Origin: a virus
Lineage: Duplodnaviria; Caudoviricetes
Reading direction: 5' to 3' (one strand)
DNA: 64,000 bases
IMG/VR virus record: IMGVR_UViG_3300020200_003236
Location: 1-64,000 of that record
In this document: positions 59,134 to 64,000 of the stretch, piece after piece
How the letters are laid out: each line of letters starts with the position of its first letter
Position numbering within the stretch: position 1 is the stretch's first letter
Program-made: the position numbers and the translations under genes
Notes under the pieces: model-generated
The model's input: only the letters and a program-made list of their open reading frames with translations
Databases searched by the model: none
What the model was told of the DNA's origin: nothing

Positions 59134-60654
59134 GTGAAAAGGAAGGCGTATATGAAAAATAACTTATTTTCCACATATTATAATATTCGAGAAGAAGCAG
59201 GCGAAAAGCCAGTCAGAAACAATGTGACTTCTAGGATCAAACTACAGAAAAAAGAAGGCTCAAAAGAATTTTGCCCTTTTACTGTAAATAAAACAACTCA
59301 TCCAAACTTGAGAATGATCGTCAAAGCATTTGAGGGCAGCGACAAGATTGGCGTGGGCTATACTACGATTGAAAAAAATAAGGGCGAAGTCGAACCCCAA
59401 TTAAAGAAGAAAGTTCTTTACTTGGTGGGCGGTGCGGTTCGTGACCACTTGAAGGGTAAGACCCCTCGAAATTACGATCTTGTAACTAACGCTACGCCCA
59501 GCGAAATAAGAATGATTTTGGGCAATGAAGAAAATGGCTTTACAGAAACAAAGCCGAGAGAAGGCGATCATTCCAGTGACGAAAGATATGCAAAACTTCC
59601 CGCTCCCGGCACAAAGAATAAGGTTTTCTACGCTTCTCGCTGGGACAAGCAAGGCAAAGAACTCGAAGTAACCGTCGAAGTTAATGGCGAAAAATTCGAG
59701 CTTGCCACAATGTCCAAAGGCTCAAAGAGCCGCCGAGTCACACCAGAAAAAGGTGAACCCGCATCTTCAGTAGAAGAAGACGCAGAAAATCGTGACTTTA
59801 CCATCAATTCCTTGTATATTCCCCTTACAACATCTGATGGCGATAATAGCGAACTTATTGACCCACACGGCGGTGCCCATCACTTAAAAGGTGGTGAAGT
59901 TGTTCCGGTTGGCGACAAATTTGATGACCGTTTGTCCGAAGACCCATCGACAGCACTTCGTTATACAAAAATGGTTTCTAAGTATGGCGACCCAGACAAG
60001 ATTCCTGACAAACACAAAAATTCTATTGACAAACATAAAGACTTGGCAAATGTACCGGCTTATCATATCCACAAAGAATTTCTAAGTGGTTTGGAAAATC
60101 CAGACGGCGATCCTCGCAAATACTTGAAAATGTTCAAGAATTTGGGACTTCTTGGCAAGGTTTATCCGGGTGGAGATTTCGATGAGAAAAACATGCCGGA
60201 AGGTCTGCGTGGCGACCGCTGGATGGCTTCTGCCTGGGTTATGAAAGATGGTAAGGCAGATGATATAAAAAGAATCCTTGTTGATAATGGCTGGTCTAAA
60301 CAAGAAGCAAATGATATTGCGTACCTTGTTCAAATGTATCAATGGGCCACAAAAAACAATTTCGACCCAGAAATGTTTTATGATATGAAGAAATCCCCAA
60401 GTGGTTTGACCAAGAGCAAAATTCGTGAATTTATGCAAATGGCAAAAACATACGGACCAGAAGTAGATGCCTTCTTGGGACATGATGATAGCGATATTAC
60501 TTCTTATGTTGGTGGACAGGGCGACAAAAAATTGAACCCAGAATTCGTCAAGATTCTTGGACGTGCCCCACAGGGTGGGGAATTTGAAGGATTGAAAAAA
60601 TTCCTGTCCACAAAAAGATTCAAAGACTCTCTTAGTAAACTAAAGGGAAAATAA
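59134..60654 (+). CDS. CCA-adding/poly(A) polymerase-family nucleotidyltransferase with altered catalytic motifs
   Basis: YLVGGAVRDHL, RNYDLVT, ENRDFTINS, EDPSTALR; likely start ATG 59152. Confidence 0.85.
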   Translation: MKRKAYMKNNLFSTYYNIREEAGEKPVRNNVTSRIKLQKKEGSKEFCPFTVNKTTHPNLRMIVKAFEGSDKIGVGYTTIEKNKGEVEPQLKKKVLYLVGGAVRDHLKGKTPRNYDLVTNATPSEIRMILGNEENGFTETKPREGDHSSDERYAKLPAPGTKNKVFYASRWDKQGKELEVTVEVNGEKFELATMSKGSKSRRVTPEKGEPASSVEEDAENRDFTINSLYIPLTTSDGDNSELIDPHGGAHHLKGGEVVPVGDKFDDRLSEDPSTALRYTKMVSKYGDPDKIPDKHKNSIDKHKDLANVPAYHIHKEFLSGLENPDGDPRKYLKMFKNLGLLGKVYPGGDFDEKNMPEGLRGDRWMASAWVMKDGKADDIKRILVDNGWSKQEANDIAYLVQMYQWATKNNFDPEMFYDMKKSPSGLTKSKIREFMQMAKTYGPEVDAFLGHDDSDITSYVGGQGDKKLNPEFVKILGRAPQGGEFEGLKKFLSTKRFKDSLSKLKGK

Positions 60655-60710
60655 TGCAAAAACTTGTTTCTTTTGAAGACCGTATTGAATGAAAACGGCG
60701 AGAATCAGTT

Positions 60711-61298
60711 ATGCTTTACCCAGAATCTAACCCTAAGCGGAGCAACCGTTTAGTGATCTACGACTTCGACGGAACCCTCTTCCGCTCTCCAGACCGGAAA
60801 GATGGTTCGACGCTTTACTACGAGGCAACTGGTAATCGTTGGCCCCATCAGGGCTGGTGGGGCCGGGTTGAAACCCTTATGCCTCCCGTGGTTCCTGACC
60901 CTATTCCCGAATCCATGTGGATTCAAGAAGTAGTGGACCGTCACCGTCAAGACATAAAGGACGAAAATGCCTTTGTTGTCCTGATGACTGGTCGTCCCTT
61001 CAAGAACCGTCGCCGGGTCCGAGAAATTCTGGATACACAGAATATTCTCTTCCATCGAGAATATTACCGGGGTATGCCCGGACAGAAGGGGCAAGATACC
61101 TTCGATATTAAGGTCAATATCATCGAAGAAGAACTCTTCCACGATGGCCTGAAATCAGTAGAAATTTTTGAAGACCGACCAGAACATTTAAGTGCCTTTA
61201 TGACCAAGGCAAAACTCTGGAAGTCATTGATGGGTAAGCACTTAGAGAAGATTATTATTCATGATGTGCCTAATAATGTACATTATGATGAATTTTAA
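60711..61298 (+). CDS. HAD phosphatase, Swiss-army-knife RNA-repair type (HAD_SAK-like)
   Basis: IYDFDGTLFRSP, GWWG, LMTGR, IFEDRPEH. Confidence 0.82.
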   Translation: MLYPESNPKRSNRLVIYDFDGTLFRSPDRKDGSTLYYEATGNRWPHQGWWGRVETLMPPVVPDPIPESMWIQEVVDRHRQDIKDENAFVVLMTGRPFKNRRRVREILDTQNILFHREYYRGMPGQKGQDTFDIKVNIIEEELFHDGLKSVEIFEDRPEHLSAFMTKAKLWKSLMGKHLEKIIIHDVPNNVHYDEF

Positions 61299-61367
61299 TT
61301 TGAAATTTTCGGACGGCCTGCCAACATAAATACGGATAACATCCGTGGGTGTTTTTTTGGAGGCCAG

Positions 61368-61742
61368 ATGAAGTACAACTCTTACCAGAAGTTAGTGGCA
61401 ATTTTGAAGAAAAAATGTCCTCCCGCTTATCCTGTTACTGTCAGGAGGACAAAAATTACGAGTCGTCTGGATGGTGACTGCGGGCTGCACAAAAAAAGAT
61501 TCTTCATTAGAGTAAGCAAAGAATTGAGTGAGGCTTCGGCAATAGAGACACTATTGCACGAGTGGGCACACGCAATTGCTTGGAACCACTTACACGACTC
61601 GATGGATTGGAGTCAGTTTGAGGAAAGAGTACATGACGCTTCTTGGGGCGTAGCATACAGCGAAGTGTACCGGGTTTACGAACAATTTTTCTTAAAAGAC
61701 CCCAACAGCGAAAATAGGTGTGGTAAATTCAAATATAAGTAA
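61368..61742 (+). CDS. HExxH zinc metallopeptidase-like protein (SprT-like)
   Basis: TLLHEWAHA, HDASWG. Confidence 0.78.
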   Translation: MKYNSYQKLVAILKKKCPPAYPVTVRRTKITSRLDGDCGLHKKRFFIRVSKELSEASAIETLLHEWAHAIAWNHLHDSMDWSQFEERVHDASWGVAYSEVYRVYEQFFLKDPNSENRCGKFKYK

Positions 61743-61786
61743 TTCAACTTTACTATTTTATAGAAACGGTTTTATATGAGGTAAAG

Positions 61787-62647
61787 ATGGATTATTTTGT
61801 TGACTTAGAACAAACACCATTCAATCAATGGCAATTGGAACTTTTAATCGAGAGCTTCCGCAGACATAATTTGCAGGACAATCTTGTTGTTTGTTTAAAT
61901 GAATCTGACTCGCAATTTAATATTGAATTTATGATGAACATTTATGGTCACAAACGAACCATAGCTCATCGCAATATTGGTAGGGATCGAGGATATGATA
62001 AACTAAATTCTTTCTATGGAATAAATTGGGCTTTAGAAGAAGGGTTGCTCAAACAACCCTTTTATAAAATTCCATTGGATGCTGTTTTATTCGCCCCGCC
62101 TCCCCCTACCCCAGATTATCCAATCGTATCCTATCAAATTGATCCTATGTTCACACCAGATTTGGTGATGGAAAATACCGATTTGTTTGACAAGAAACAA
62201 TTGGAAGAAAATTGGCCAAGCGCAGGAGAAATACTTTATTTCAACAAATTCCCAGAAATATTCTTCTATCAGTTGGCCGACCTAACTGAAAAATTGGTGT
62301 TCCGCCAGATGAGAAAGACTGGCAAGTTTTGGGAATTAACACACCGTTTGGCTTTCAACCTGAAATTGCAAGAATATGTAGGCAAAGTCCCAATTCAGGG
62401 CGTGTATGATTATGAGTCGGATATGTATAGCAATTATCCCAAGTATTTCATTCACTATGACAAGGGGTTTATGCCAATCTTTCGCAAAGAAATGTTTGCG
62501 TACTCACCGCCAGACTACATTTCTTTTGGAAATCCATTCAAGGTTTTAAGCGAAAACTTCCCAAGTGGAGCATTTCATTATATGTCGATACTGGCCAGAA
62601 GTTATCTGAGTCGCCAAGCCAGACTACAACAAGAGAATAGGTCGTGA
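61787..62647 (+). CDS. Glycosyltransferase-like protein resembling plant-type HPAT/SERGT (GT95/96-like)
   Basis: NQWQLELLIESF, GYDKLNSFYGINWAL, IPLDAVL, FIHY pattern. Confidence 0.45.
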   Translation: MDYFVDLEQTPFNQWQLELLIESFRRHNLQDNLVVCLNESDSQFNIEFMMNIYGHKRTIAHRNIGRDRGYDKLNSFYGINWALEEGLLKQPFYKIPLDAVLFAPPPPTPDYPIVSYQIDPMFTPDLVMENTDLFDKKQLEENWPSAGEILYFNKFPEIFFYQLADLTEKLVFRQMRKTGKFWELTHRLAFNLKLQEYVGKVPIQGVYDYESDMYSNYPKYFIHYDKGFMPIFRKEMFAYSPPDYISFGNPFKVLSENFPSGAFHYMSILARSYLSRQARLQQENRS

Positions 62648-63199
62648 AAACTTGTCCACAACAATTAGCACGTCGTCAGTTAATTTGTTGTGGAAATTTC
62701 GCAGATCAACAACTTCAATAGTGGCTCCCCTAGCGTAAGGTTTTAATCCCTCGACTAATTCTTTAATGTCCATAACATCTTCAATGATATAAGTGCCGCC
62801 CACGTTTAATCTTGGGAAAAAAACTTTAAACGCTTGTATTTGACTACGCACGGTATGATCGGCATCATCAACGATTATGTCAAATTTTATCATTCCCAAT
62901 TTTTCTTTGACAATTCCAGCGGTTGTAGGAGCATACAAATCTATTTCATGTAAAGTCACTCTTCCAGTCGCCTCTTGTTGTTCTTGGTATCTGTTTCTAC
63001 TCAAGTCTACGTCTATCCCATGAATTTTGGCATTTGGCAAAGTCTGCGCAAATGCTAAAATGCTAGGACCAAATTGAACTCCCATTTCCAAAAAATTAAA
63101 ACTACGACCCTGCCATTTCTCTATGAGTTTGTCATAATAATGCTCGCCATAAGCGTATGCAGCATTTTTGTCGGTGATTTTGTATTCTGAAAATTTCAT
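62624..63199 (-). CDS. Class I SAM-dependent methyltransferase (sugar O-methyltransferase-like)
   Basis: FLEMGVQFGPS, IHGIDVD, FDIIVDDADH, LNVGGTYIIEDV. Confidence 0.85.
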   Translation of the reverse strand: MKFSEYKITDKNAAYAYGEHYYDKLIEKWQGRSFNFLEMGVQFGPSILAFAQTLPNAKIHGIDVDLSRNRYQEQQEATGRVTLHEIDLYAPTTAGIVKEKLGMIKFDIIVDDADHTVRSQIQAFKVFFPRLNVGGTYIIEDVMDIKELVEGLKPYARGATIEVVDLRNFHNKLTDDVLIVVDKFSRPILLL

Positions 63200-63261
63200 T
63201 CCATCCCTTGATTTTGGCTAAATCAATGTTTCAATTGATATATAGATCAAGGAGTGAGATA

Positions 63262-63879
63262 ATGAGGAAATATGTAGCCGCTCTCTTTGTTAACAACAAG
63301 GCTGTTGTCGGACTCAACCACGGCGATGCCTTCTCGAAACTTTCTTCTCAAGAGCAAGACGGTCAAATCGAGAGCGGATTTATTGATACCAAGACGGGGA
63401 AATTCTTTAGCGATAATATCAAAGTCTATCTAAAACAAGTTTATCTCATTCGCCACGGAGAAGCCACCGGCCAAGAACGACAATCTAAACTCACAAAATT
63501 CGGAATTCTTCAAAGTCACGTTCTGGCCGAAACAATCTCTAACAAAAATATTTCCGAATTCGAGTTATTTTCAAGCCCCTTTTTACGATGCAAGCAGACA
63601 GCAGAAATCATCGAGGAAAAAACGGGGCTTAAATTTTGCGCCAAAGAAGAGTTGCGAAAGCAAAATATACAAGAAAAACCAGAACGCTTTTGCGAAAGAA
63701 TGACCACCCTGATCGAAACTCTGCCCGGAAAATCAATACTGATAACTCATAGTGATGTGATTATAAATGTTGTTGCACAAATGGTCGGCACACACGTTGC
63801 GAGTATCCCCAATTGCAGCATATCCTATGTTAGTTCAAAAGAATTGGTTATCTCGCAAAATTCGGGGCGGCAAATCTAG
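63262..63879 (+). CDS. Histidine phosphatase family protein with an extra N-terminal domain
   Basis: LIRHGE, SSPFLRCKQTA, ITHSDVI; start ATG 63262 after AAGGAG. Confidence 0.85.
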   Translation: MRKYVAALFVNNKAVVGLNHGDAFSKLSSQEQDGQIESGFIDTKTGKFFSDNIKVYLKQVYLIRHGEATGQERQSKLTKFGILQSHVLAETISNKNISEFELFSSPFLRCKQTAEIIEEKTGLKFCAKEELRKQNIQEKPERFCERMTTLIETLPGKSILITHSDVIINVVAQMVGTHVASIPNCSISYVSSKELVISQNSGRQI

Positions 63880-64000
63880 GTGCTTTTTCTAAAGGTCTTG
63901 CTTCCTGTGGTTTCTTCTTTAACCACTTGTCTGCCCACGGAGTAAATATATCGTCATTGGCATGATAATGCTGATTCCTGTAGAATTGCATCTTTTCTGA
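63848..64000 (-). CDS. C-terminal fragment of a gene running off the window edge
   Basis: Open frame ...SEKMQFYRNQHYHANDDIFTPWADKWLKKK...FAR*. Confidence 0.5.
   Translation of the reverse strand, partial: SEKMQFYRNQHYHANDDIFTPWADKWLKKKPQEARPLEKAPRFAAPNFAR

Noticed and set aside
60654-60713. In-frame TGA between an upstream ATG (60654) and the HAD gene as programmed read-through
   Set aside because: The 19-codon extension has no recognisable motif and the HAD has plausible starts of its own (ATG 60711 or a later GTG); insufficient evidence
1-64000. Alternative genetic code (stop-codon reassignment), tRNA genes
   Set aside because: Long intact ORFs end in TAA, TAG and TGA under the standard code with high coding density; no cloverleaf or T-loop motif seen in the short intergenic gaps

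Overview
This window looks like 64 kb of a large, T4-like contractile-tailed (jumbo) phage genome. It uses the standard genetic code, is densely coded, and shows no tRNA, rRNA or CRISPR array. It contains a terminase large subunit, a primase and a PD-(D/E)XK nuclease. A long minus-strand morphogenesis block encodes a 3,880-aa tape measure protein, tube initiator, gp53-like wedge, hub, gp5-like spike, gp25, gp6/J-like and gpI-like baseplate proteins, plus three paralogous PKD-bearing fibre-like proteins. One of these has about 70 Pro/Thr-rich 11-12-aa repeats. Two free-standing homing endonucleases (HNH, LAGLIDADG) sit in this block. The accessory content is rich. It includes an ExbB/ExbD-like membrane trio with a GK-microsatellite third subunit, a convergent glpX-glmS pair (FBP to F6P to GlcN6P), an actin-fold ATPase and a SET-domain protein. 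It also includes an Acb1-like 2H phosphoesterase, a CCA-enzyme homologue with altered catalytic motifs next to an RNA-repair HAD, several glycosyltransferase-like genes or remnants, a secreted trypsin-like protease and a Pmp3 membrane peptide. All family calls come from motif recognition by eye; no database search was run.
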